From Octopus bimaculoides (lineage: Eukaryota), in contig NC_069008.1 in the NCBI RefSeq assembly GCF_001194135.2, positions 3,943,649 to 3,983,401 on the forward strand: 39,753 bases of DNA, in the 5' to 3' direction. Each line of letters begins with the position of its first letter. Within the stretch, counting starts at the first letter, position 1. Shown here piece by piece: positions 11,446 through 21,775 of this stretch. A program made the translations under genes and the position numbers. The notes under the pieces were generated by a model. It saw only the letters and a program-made list of their open reading frames with translations, made no database searches and was not told where the DNA came from.

Positions 11446-11589
11446 TGTACTCTTTCGCCCCAACTTTCTCTCACTCTTTCTTCCTGTTTCTTGAGTAAAG
11501 CTGCGATGGACTGCCGTCCCATCCAGCTGGGGGGAACACATACGCCATAGAAACCGGGAAACCGGGCCCATGAGCCTGGCTAGGCTTTA
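11446..11589 (+). mobile_element. Fragment of a sister SINE: family-A central block with a different tail (GCGATGGACTG…CCAGCTGGGGGGAACAC)
   Basis: Starts with TGTACTCTTTCGCCCAACTTTCTCTCACTCT, shared with family A, then diverges after CTTCCTGTTTCT. Confidence 0.65.
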
Positions 11590-11886
11590 TTGAGCGAAAA
11601 CACCTAAAAGCTCCACGAGGCTCCGGCAGGGGATGGTGGCAAACCCTGCTGTACTCTTCCACCACAACTTTCTCTCAAACTTACTTCCTGTTTCTGTTGT
11701 GCCTGTATTCCAAAGGGGTCAGCCTTGTCACACTCTGTGTCACGCTGAATATCCCCGAGAACTACGTTAAGGGTACACGTGTCTGTGGAGTGCTCAGCCA
11801 CTTGCACGTTAATTTCACGAGCAGGCTGTTTCGTTGATCGGATCAACTGGAACCCTCGAAGTCGTAAGCGACGGAGTGCCAACAAC
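11586..11886 (+). mobile_element. SINE family A, 5'-truncated (no tRNA head)
   Basis: Near-identical to 6863-7170; (CAA) tail. Confidence 0.9.
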
Positions 11887-11907
11887 TAGCTATATCTTGG
11901 ACACACC

Positions 11908-12784
11908 CAGCACTGGATTAACCATTAAGCAAAATAAGCACGTGATTAGGGCATCAAGGGAAGGAAGAGGGGGCACCACAGAAATGGTAAATGGTTTACA
12001 GCACAAAAGAAATCACTATAAACTTGCTAAAATAATATTCGTAATGTCTTAGCTCTTCTAAGTGTTGAAGCAGAATTTTTACATAAAATCAATTTTAACG
12101 ATATCATCGAACACTTTGCAATTAAAAAAAACAAAGGAGAAAACTTTTCAAATACAAATAAAATGGAAGGATACAATAATAAACCCTTTTTTCCATCTTA
12201 CTGTTAGTTTTGTTTCATTTTGAAAAATAAAAATTTATTTTATGGTTTATCATTGTTTAGATTTTGAACCATTTATGTATACTTGAAGGCCCCAAAACCA
12301 TTTAAGTGCGCAGGGCCTCCATGGGCCTTAATCCAGCCCTGGGTACACCTATTAAATGGCAACCGCTAGTACAATGATCTCCTTGTTTAGCATGAGGCTT
12401 AGCTTGTGTTTTCGGCNNNNNNNNNNTTCCCTTCGTAATTGCTCTTAAATGAGGTCTTGAACGTTTTGACTGCTCCTTCTAGCATGTAAGGTTGCCTGTT
12501 AAGGGTCACTTCTTTTTGAAAAATAGAAATTTATTTTATGGTTTATCATTGTTTACATTTTGAACCATTTCCATTCCCTTCGTAATTGCTCTTAAATGAG
12601 GTCTTGAACGTTTTGACTGCTCGTTCTAGCATGTAAGGCTGCCTGTTAAGGGTCACCTCTTTTCGAAAAATAAAAATTTATTTTATGGTTTATCATTGTT
12701 TAGATTTTGAACCATTTATGTATACTTGAAGGCCCCAAAACCATTTAAGTGCGCAGGGCCTCCATGGGCCTTAATCCAGCCCTG
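11908..12784. mobile_element. Non-autonomous hAT-type DNA transposon with an internal 147-bp tandem unit; right end assembled twice
   Basis: Termini CAGCACTGGATTAA (11908) and TTAATCCAGCCCTG (12771-12784; also 12328-12341). Imperfect 8-bp flanking duplication GACACACC / GGTACACC. Confidence 0.65.
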
Positions 12785-12891
12785 GGTACACCTATTAAAT
12801 GGCAACCGCTAGTACAATGATCTCCTTGTTTAGCATGAGGCTTAGCTTGTGTTTTCGGCATAAGGTGCTGGAATTTCCTGTTGGAGATTAA

Positions 12892-13104
12892 CTCTTTAGC
12901 ATTCAGACTGTTCTGTCTAATGAATTGCTTATTTATTTTGAATTACTCATGCAATATCTTGTAGCCTTGAGGTTTCAATAATGGGAAAGGTTTAATTTTT
13001 GGAATAACATCGTAGGGAAGGTGTGAGAAGCCAGATCTGACTAGTTTTAACATGAAACAAGTAGAATATTTAGGCCGGATATAACCAGTTTAGATGCTAA
13101 AGGG
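12892..13104. mobile_element. piggyBac-type MITE with a TTAA target duplication
   Basis: TTAA (12888-12891) CTCTTTAGCATT … GATGCTAAAGGG TTAA (13105-13108); TIRs match 10/12. Confidence 0.8.
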
Positions 13105-13164
13105 TTAAACATCCTGTTGCTAGGGGGAGAGGGCAGGTCTGAGACATTTCTTGATAGACAAAAA

Positions 13165-13260
13165 GGCATGGATGTGTGGTCAACAAGCTTGCTTCCCACC
13201 CATGTGGTTTCGAGATCAATCCCACGGCATGGCACCTTGGGCAAATGCCTCCTACTTATG
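13165..13260 (+). mobile_element. SINE family B head fragment
   Basis: AAGCTTGCTTCCCACCCATGTGG…GGCACCTTGGGCAAATG. Confidence 0.65.
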
Positions 13261-13779
13261 GCGAAAGATTGATCAACACATTCGATAACATAGCCCTTGA
13301 TAAACAATGTCATAATAAATGACAGGATGGTCACAGGTGGAACACATTTGATTACAAGTCTGCTGGGTCAGAACAGACCTGAGAGTAAACAGCAACAAAG
13401 GAGGATACATTAGATGATGTACTCCTTGATAAACTATGCCAGAATAAAAGATGAGTTACTCATGACTGAAGCATCTTTGACCACAAGTCAGCTGCAATAG
13501 GACCAGCCTGGGGTTAAACAGCCATATCAAGAAATGACACATTGGATAATGTACCCCTTGGTACAGTATGCCATAATAAAAGATGGCCAAACCACAGCTA
13601 CAGATGCCAGACTACAGCAAAATTTGAACCAAGAACCACTTAGTTGCAAAGCGAATGCCTCACTCCCCGCAGCTCCTGTACTCAACACAAACGTGCCGCC
13701 AAATATTACGTAACACTTACATATAAGTATTGGCACTTCAAGATTCACTCAGAGTGGAAGAGATACATTCATATATCTG

Positions 13780-13835
13780 TATATGTGTGTATATATGAGT
13801 GTGTATGTGTGTGTATACATGCATGTATATATGTC

Positions 13836-13904
<69 letters not shown>

Positions 13905-14015
13905 ACGAGTGTGTGTGTATATATATATATATACATATATTATATATATATAGATAGATAGATAGATATGTATATATATATATATATAGACACATACATA
14001 TACATACATACATAT
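13780..14015. repeat. (TA)/(TG)/(GATA) compound microsatellite
   Basis: Directly visible. Confidence 0.95.
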
Positions 14016-14017
14016 GG

Positions 14018-14158
14018 GTGCACAACAGCTGAACAAAATAACACTGGCACTCCCTTTGTAATTAATCGACCCACCTACCCCTGTCTCCCCAATCTCCTGC
14101 TTCTCCCCAATTTTACCACAAAATTCGCAATCACCAAGTAAATTGTCGATTGTAAAAC
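14018..14158 (-). repeat. Dispersed repeat; inverted partner of 15952-16095
   Basis: The reverse complement aligns end to end with 15952-16095 (shared GACAATTTA-TTGGTGATTGC, GTCGATTAATTA, GGGAGTGCCA, ATTTTGTTCA). Confidence 0.75.
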
Positions 14159-14561
14159 ATGGCCCCACCTCTTCTCTCTCTCTCTCTCTTTTAAACACAC
14201 TGATATCTGAAGCCACTTCCCATGCATTAATGACTCACTTTCAGTTATATACACTCTCTCATATAACTAAAATTATCATGTACACACCAAGTGCAGGCAT
14301 GACTACAGAAGAGGGCATGTTGGCTTGGAAATTCTCATTGCTGCCATGTGGTTCAGACCCATGTTTGGTGTATAAGTAAGTGATAGCACATCGGTTAAGT
14401 GCCTTTCCGAATGTGTGCCTCAAGGGGACTGAATATACCCACCAAATCACTCTCCAATCTCTCAAGAAAGGCAGACCACACTAGAGAAAATGAAAGCCAA
14501 GGTACACTGGATCTCAAAGAGTAAAAAGATCACCCTTTCTCCCTCCCCATCTCTGTCTACA

Positions 14562-14762
14562 ACATCATCATTTAACATCAGTTTTCAATGCTGGCATGGG
14601 TTAGACAGCTTAACAGGAGCTGGGAAGGCCACAACAGGTTCCATAGTCCGTTTTGGCTCGGTTCCTACAGCTGGAGGCCCTTCCTCATGCCAACCACTTT
14701 ACAGAGTGTATTGGCTGCTTTTTTACATAGCACTATCACCAGTGCTTTTTATGTGACACCAA
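14562..14762 (-). mobile_element. Family D-related tail, diverged
   Basis: CATCATCATTTAACATC…CCATGCTGGCATGGGTT-like…GCCCTTCCTCATGCCAACCAC. Confidence 0.7.
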
Positions 14763-14983
14763 CTACGTGCGTGTGTGTGTGTGTGTGTGTGTGCGTGTGT
14801 GTTACATATATGATGGTTGTCTCATTTTGTCAGATGATAACCAGTCTCACACACAACTGGATTATTCTGATTTACTTTTTATCCTTGCTTGTGTGTAGAT
14901 ATGACTTTTCATTCACCACACATCCGTCACCATACAGCTTTATAAAATACAAACCGGATCAAGAGATGAAACAATAGTTAGAC

Positions 14984-15420
14984 ATCATCATCATCCTCAT
15001 CATCATCATCATCATTTCACGTCTGCACTCCATGCTGGCATAGGTCAGATGGTTTGACTGGAGCTGATGAGCCAGAGAGTTGCACCAGGGTCCAGTCTGA
15101 TTTTGGTATGGTTTCTACAGTTGGATGCCCTTCCTAACGCCAACCACTCCAGGAGTGTAATGGGTGATTTTTATGTGCCACAGGCATGGGTGCCATTTAC
15201 ATGACACCGGCAAAAACCATGACTGCGATTCTTGGGTGCCAACTACATGGCGCCGGCAATGTCCACAACTCACGGGTACCCCATATGCATCAGCGATGAC
15301 CACAACTCACAGCTGCCAATTTTCATGGTACTATCGATGACCACAACTACAATGCATGGGTTTCATTTACATGGCACCGCTATCGACCACAACGATTCAA
15401 AGGTGCCATTTACATCTGTA
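14984..15420 (-). mobile_element. Family D copy with six degenerate ~40-47 bp hairpin modules
   Basis: Tail at 14984-15180. GGTGCC-like module starts at 15189, 15235, 15275, 15312, 15359 and 15402. Confidence 0.75.
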
Positions 15421-15951
15421 AGAAACCAGATTTCAATGACGAAAGCTTGTGCAACAAGGTGCCACATGCATATCTCTATATTTGCTCTGCACCAAATTTT
15501 CCCTGCCCTGTTCTTTATTTCTTTCCCACAGAACTGCTGCCAAACTGGGGCGCCACCTCCAGACCTTCAGAAAAATTTTAGCTCACCATAACAAACCTAG
15601 TACCTGGTTCAGGGCTGTAGCACTCCAGCATATGAACAGCTTGCCAACCAAGCACCACTCACATGGCATTGGGCTTCATAAGATTCTACTAGAAGATACT
15701 CACTCAAGGTGTCCTGCAGTGGGACTGAACCTGGAACCATGTGGTTGTGAAATGAACTTCTCAATCACATAGGTTGTACTTGCACCATGCACCTGTTGTG
15801 TGATATATATATATATATATATATATANNNNNNNNNNNNNNNNNNNNNNNNNNNNNNNNNNNNNNNNAATGTATTTAAGAACAGAGGGGGGTACAGAGAG
15901 AGAGACGGAGAGAGGGGGGGGGGAAGTAAGTTAAGCCAGCGTTTTTTTTTT

Positions 15952-16095
15952 ATTTTTATAATGGACAATTTAGTTGGTGATTGCAAAGTTTTTATGACAA
16001 AAATTAGGCAGAGGTAGGAGTGTGAGGAGACAGGGCGGGGTGGTCGATTAATTAAGATGGGAGTGCCAAAGATATTTTGTTCAACAATTGTGTAC
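15952..16095 (+). repeat. Dispersed repeat; inverted partner of 14018-14158
   Basis: See partner at 14018-14158. Confidence 0.75.
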
Positions 16096-16100
16096 TAACA

Positions 16101-16138
<38 letters not shown>

Positions 16139-16201
16139 AGTACATATATTACACACACACNNNNNNNNNNTGTGTGTGTGTGTGTGTGTGTGTATAAGTA
16201 C

Positions 16202-16250
<49 letters not shown>

Positions 16251-16929
16251 GTGTCTTGGTGAGCCTTTTAATCCTTGTGTACTTCTAAGTCATGGAAATG
16301 GGACTTGGCATGTCTATACTGTGATCAGTGGTGGTGTGTGTGTGTGAGAGAAGTTTCTAGAGTTTGTATGGCAGTCACATGGTTCTCTGTTTACTCCCCA
16401 TTGTACTATACTCTGTGCAGCACCAAGTGTCTTTTACTGCTGTAGGTTTTCATGTTGCTGGCTACAGCCTGTCATGTATATATACATGTATGTGTGTATA
16501 TATATATAACTCTTTGAAATGCTTAGGTTAGTATGGTGGCAGCTGATGAAGGAAATATTCTCTATGTGGCCTGTGTGTTTTCTGTGTTCTGTTTATGTTC
16601 TGTTTATCATTTTGTCCACGTTTTTTTTTTCTGACGTCCTGTACCCAGATATGCATCTATATACACATGTAGATGTAGGTACGTACATACATGTACGCAT
16701 ATATGCATATACTCACATATTATTTGTATTATATATATATATATATATAGTTTGAAAAAGACAAGAAACAACAATGCGAGGACGTGATACGGATTGTGTT
16801 ACTGGACGCTCGGGAAAGGTGAGATAACTAAAAAGTACCAAGTTTGCTTCCCAAATGGTTGGTTGCAGGTTTAGCCTCACTGCAAAGCATTTGGGGGCAA
16901 GTATCTTCTATTTTAATACAGTTCTATAT

Positions 16930-17095
16930 TTAAGAGATGAGGAATTATGTACATTGTTTACAATTGACGGATATTTGTCCTCATCTTGTTTGTTGTTAAT
17001 ACAACGTTTCGGCTGATATACCCTCCAGCCTTCATCAGATGTCTTGGGGGAAATTTCGAACCTGGGTTCTCATTCCTAAGGTGTTTTTCAATGTT
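16930..17095 (-). mobile_element. Penelope-like/retrozyme-type repeat remnant next to an (ATT)n tract
   Basis: Contains a minimal hammerhead motif of the kind described for Penelope-like pseudo-LTRs; no coding sequence present. Confidence 0.55.
16998..17043 (-). ncRNA. Minimal type I hammerhead ribozyme motif (degenerate stem I)
   Basis: Minus strand 5'-GACAU CUGAUGA A GGCUG-GAGGGUAUAU-CAGCC GAAA CGUU GUAUU-3'. Intact core boxes, perfect 5-bp stem II, palindromic ACGU stem III. Stem I has two G-U pairs and one C-A mismatch. Confidence 0.7.
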
Positions 17096-17102
17096 GTTAT
17101 TG

Positions 17103-17137
<35 letters not shown>

Positions 17138-19375
17138 GACAGGAGGGTGTGATGTGAAGGTGATTTGGTTGATATTACTAACAGATCCAACTACCATATA
17201 GAGGTCTCCCTCTTTGGCTCATACACACATGTAAAAGTTGGATGTGATTCGAGGGAGATTTGGCTGCTATATCTAGCAAATAAAAATAACCACATCGAGG
17301 CTTGCCCATTGGATCTTGCATGTGTACATATGTATAAGTTGCGTGAGCGCATGCTTGTATATGTGTATGCATGTGTGTGCGTGCACACAAGGATAATTGA
17401 AAAACATACAAAAGTCCATTGCTTAATGCTTTTTATATTTTGTTTATCTTTATATTTTTTTTACAGAATTTAAACAAAACAAAAAAAAATTTATTTTACT
17501 TTTTCTTTTTATAATCTCTTTTTTTTTTGTTGATAATTTTAAAGAAATCGCTATTCTTTATTTAATGTAGCACACAGAAATTGCACATATTGATTTTTTT
17601 ATTTTGTTAATTTATAGAACAAATTCCACCAAATATCTCTTCGTTAGAAATCTATAGAAAAAAAAAAAAGAATAACAATAATAATAATAATAATAATAAT
17701 AAATAATATCTATTAGAAGAGGAAGAATGCAACCACTGATTTCTCTCATTGAAAGAACGAGAGGAGGAGAGGGGGGGGGGAGGAAAAAGAAAAAAGAAAA
17801 AAGAAAGTAAAGTATGGAAAAAGAAGGGAAGAAAAAAGTCATTGAAATCCAACTAATTTACTATAAATCAACTGTAAAAGAAATAATTTTAATAATTAAA
17901 CAAAAAACAAATTTTTTAAATTCGAGAATGAAAGAAAAAAACAAGCAAAGAAAAAGGCATGCNNNNNNNNNNNNNNNNNNNNNNNNNNNNNNNNNNNNNN
18001 NNNNNNNNNNNNNNNNNNNNNNNNNNNNNNNNNNNNNNNNNNNNNNNNNNNNNNNNNNNNNNNNNNNNNNNNNNNNNNNNNNNNNNNNNNNNNNNNNNNN
18101 NNNNNNNNNNNNNNNNNNNNNNNNNNNNNNNNNNNNNNNNNNNNNNNNNNNNNNNNNNNNNCAGAAGCAATTTATAATAAATGTTAAGATTTTTTTAAAT
18201 CATCACAAAAGAATGCCACTTTCCTCTTTTTTTTTTCTTACTATTTTCCTTTCTGTTGTGATTTTAATTGTAAGTCTTAAACCTGAATTATTTTTACGAT
18301 TACAAGAATATATTTTGAATAATTAGAATCAAAATAAAGTACATTAAATTATAATTAAATTTCTTTCAAGAAGCAAAATTAAAATATTGATGTTATATGG
18401 GTTTAGAAGCTTGGAGAGAATATGAAATAATTCCTTTTTTGTACAGTGAACTTGAAGCAGATAAAGCTATCAATAATAGTGTGTAAATATTGCATTAAAA
18501 AAAAATAAAACGTTTGGATAAAAAAAAATTGAAAGCTGTCCATAAGACGTGAACCCACATCTTCCATAAACATGACAGAAGTTCTACCATCAGACCAAAA
18601 CAATCCTTTGAATTTCTCTATCAACAGGCAGTCTATGATTTTTTCTACGTAAAGGAAATTTTTAAAAATCCAATACTTATTTGTTAATATTTATAAGGCT
18701 CCTTAGCTTCAAATTTCACTATTCCAAAGATTGATTACAGTATTATTAAAGCATGTTTCCCCCCCCCCTCTTCAGCTTGTCTCTCTGAGACAGACGGAGC
18801 AGCACTCTTGAATCATGCAAAGACCAAAATTGGGCGTCTGGCATAGTCTAACTGGAATGAAACATCTGCTCTTTTGCATCTTATGGAAATGATACGGTTC
18901 ACTGGTTAGGTAATGGTTCATCTCCTGCCGAAAACCATCTGTACAGAGAGCATGTTATGCCAAGATTGATAACACAGATATGCAATGAGGCTTGAGTCTG
19001 CAAAGATTCTTGGATAGCGAACGTCAGGCATGTTTTTTTGTTTTTTCGCATCTTATCACTGACAGAACTGCAGTTCTGAGAGGCAAGCAAGGACTATGAA
19101 TAAACTAGGGTGGCGAGGCCTCATATCTGCAATGCTACCCATACCCTTCTACTAGTCAAGCAACATAGCCAGAGGAATTTCCATGTTATGTTTTCTATTG
19201 AGGACATTCTCAGGGAAACTCTGGAACAATGACGAAAGATATAAAAGAGACAAACACAAACAAACAACAAAAGCAAAATCAACTGGTTTATTCCAGAGAA
19301 CTTTTCAGTTGAAAGACTAATGGATAAGTTCCAGAAATACCTTCCTTTTCTGGCAGTGTTATGATGAGTGATAGT

Positions 19376-19684
19376 GGAGGCGCAATGGCCCAGTGGTTAG
19401 GGCAGCGGACTCGCGGTCATAAGATCGCGGTTTCAATTCCCAGACCGGGCGTTGTGAGTGTTTATTGAGCGAAAACACCTAAAAGCTCCACAAGGCTTCG
19501 GCAGGGGATGGTGGCGAACCCTGCTGTACTCTTTCACCACAACTTTCTCTCACTCTTACTTCCTGTTTCTGTTGTACCTGTGTTTCAAAGGGGCCAGCCT
19601 TGTCACACTGTGTCACGCTGAATATTCCCGATAACTACGTTAAGGGTACACGTGTCTGTGGAGTGCTCAGCCACTTGCACGTTA
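19376..19684 (+). mobile_element. SINE family A, intact tRNA-like head; runs into a gap
   Basis: GGAGGCGCAATGGCCCAGTGGTTAGGGCAGCGGACTCGCGGTCATAAGATCGCGGTTTCAATTCC. Confidence 0.92.
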
Positions 19685-20229
19685 NNNNNNNNNNNNNNNN
19701 NNNNNNNNNNNNNNNNNNNNNNNNNNNNNNNNNNNNNNNNNNNNNNNNNNNNNNNNNNNNNNNNNNNNNNNNNNNNNNNNNNNNNNNNNNNNNNNNNNNN
19801 NNNNNNNNNNNNNNNNNNNNNNNNNNNNNNNNNNNNNNNNNNNNNNNNNNNNNNNNNNNNNNNNNNNNNNNNNNNNNNNNNNNNNNNNNNNNNNNNNNNN
19901 NNNNNNNNNNNNNNNNNNNNNNNNNNNNNNNNNNNNNNNNNNNNNNNNNNNNNNNNNNNNNNNNNNNNNNNNNNNNNNNNNNNNNNNNNNNNNNNNNNNN
20001 NNNNNNNNNNNNNNNNNNNNNNNNNNNNNNNNNNNNNNNNNNNNNNNNNNNNNNNNNNNNNNNNNNNNNNNNNNNNNNNNNNNNNNNNNNNNNNNNNNNN
20101 NNNNNNNNNNNNNNNNNNNNNNNNNNNNNNNNNNNNNNNNNNNNNNNNNNNNNNNNNNNNNNNNNNNNNNNNNNNNNNNNNNNNNNNNNNNNNNNNNNNN
20201 ATATATATATATATACATACAGTACCGTC

Positions 20230-20423
20230 TTTGGCCATGTGATGAGGGGGAGAGATGAAGAGACAGGGAGAGGAATGAGGAGGCTGGAGAGAGGAATCAG
20301 GAGAGAGAGGAATCAGAAGAGAGAGAGAGGAGGAGGAGGAGAGAGGGGGCAGGAAAGAGGAAGGAAATGAGAGAGGGGTGAAGAAAGAGAGAGAGAAAGG
20401 GAGAAAGAGAGGGAAGAAGAGGA

Positions 20424-20473
<50 letters not shown>

Positions 20474-20480
20474 AAGAGAG
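20230..20480. repeat. Purine-rich (GA)n/(GGA)n low-complexity tract
   Basis: Directly visible. Confidence 0.9.
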
Positions 20481-20711
20481 ATATCAGCAAAATGGAACAA
20501 ATTCTTGTAACAGAGACAAATAAGATATTTCGTCTAATCCCAAATTCAACCAAATTCTTCACCAGTTCCAACCACCGACTAAAATTCCTTCCTTCAGACG
20601 AGGAATTCCTCCCAAGAGGAGTGGATGGAAATGTGTCCCTTCCAGCATCATTGACATGACACAAATTATCTCCTGTGGGGTAGAGAATCTTTGCTATTTA
20701 CCAGAAAGGAC

Positions 20712-20920
20712 AATTACAGGCACAACAGAAACAGGAAGTAAGAGCGAGAGAAAGTTGTGGTGGAAGAGTACAGCAGGGTTCGCCACCAACCCCTGCCGGA
20801 GCCTCGTGGAGCTTTAGGTGTTTTCGCTCAATAAACACTCACAACACCCGGTCTGGGAATCGAAACCGCGATCCTATGACCGTGAGTCCGCTGGCCTAAC
20901 CACTGGGCCATTGCGCCTCC
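20712..20920 (-). mobile_element. SINE family A, 5' half only (3'-truncated)
   Basis: Reverse complement of 19376-19582; stops at …CCTGTAATT with no tail. Confidence 0.9.
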
Positions 20921-21636
20921 ACATATATATATATATGTATATGTATANNNNNNNNNNNNNNNNNNNNNNNNNNNNNNNNNNNNNNNNNNNNNNNNNNNNN
21001 NNNNNNNNNNNNNNNNNNNNNNNNNNNNNNNNNNNNNNNNNNNNNNNNNNNNNNNNNNNNNNNNNNNNNNNNNNNNNNNNNNNNNNNNNNNNNNNNNNNN
21101 NNNNNNNNNNNNNNNNNNNNNNNNNNNNNNNNNNNNNNNNNNNNNNNNNNNNNNNNNNNNNNNNNNNNNNNNNNNNNNNNNNNNNNNNNNNNNNNNNNNN
21201 NNNNNNNNNNNNNNNNNNNNNNNNNNNNNNNNNNNNNNNNNNNNNNNNNNNNNNNNNNNNNNNNNNNNNNNNNNNNNNNNNNNNNNNNNNNNNNNNNNNN
21301 NNNNNNNNNNNNNNNNNNNNNNNNNNNNNNNNNNNNNNNNNNNNNNNNNNNNNNNNNNNNNNNNNNNNNNNNNNNNNNNNNNNNNNNNNNNAAAAAAGCA
21401 GGAGTAATTATTGACCGATTCTTTAGCTAGTTAACGACACATGCTGTAATGACGAAGCCAGTGAAGTAGGGAGGAAGTACATCGAAGGATAGGTCATTTG
21501 TGGAAGCAAAGCATCTAAGAGGTCAAACCATCAAGAAAGTCCCTCCCTATGTGGCAGCTGGACCGGCTAGAAACAGCAGCCAAATTCCACCCCGCCTCCC
21601 AACAGGCTTCTTTAACCATTTGAATCCATAAGTATT

Positions 21637-21775
21637 TTTTATCTTTTATCTTTTACTTGTTTCCGTCATTAGACTGTGGCCATGCTGGGGCCTCACCTTG
21701 AAGAATTAATTTTTAGTCAAATGAATCGACTCCAGTACTTATTTTTAAAATTTTTTCTTTAAGCCTGGGTACTTA
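21637..21775 (-). mobile_element. SINE family B tail fragment
   Basis: TCTTTTACTTGTTTCCGTCATTAGACTGTGGCCATGCTGGGG…AAGCCTGGGTACTT; ends where the 18S fragment begins. Confidence 0.8.

Noticed and set aside
16540-16650. Second hammerhead (CTGATGAAGG at about 16543)
   Set aside because: No GAAA box or closing stem II follows. At most a deleted remnant of a related repeat.
18170-18500. Mitochondrial insertion (NUMT) suggested by AT richness
   Set aside because: No mitochondrial gene, tRNA or rRNA motif was recognisable.
19376-19455. tRNA gene (apparent CGC anticodon) at family-A heads
   Set aside because: The D-stem and A/B boxes are present, but the anticodon and acceptor stems do not close and the sequence continues into a SINE body. 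It is a tRNA-derived SINE head, not a tRNA gene.
20490-20672. Minus-strand exon after a CCCCACAG acceptor (DNLCHVNDAGRDTFPSTPLG…)
   Set aside because: No recognisable homology, no good donor, and the frame runs into a (CT)n tract. It cannot be supported without transcripts.
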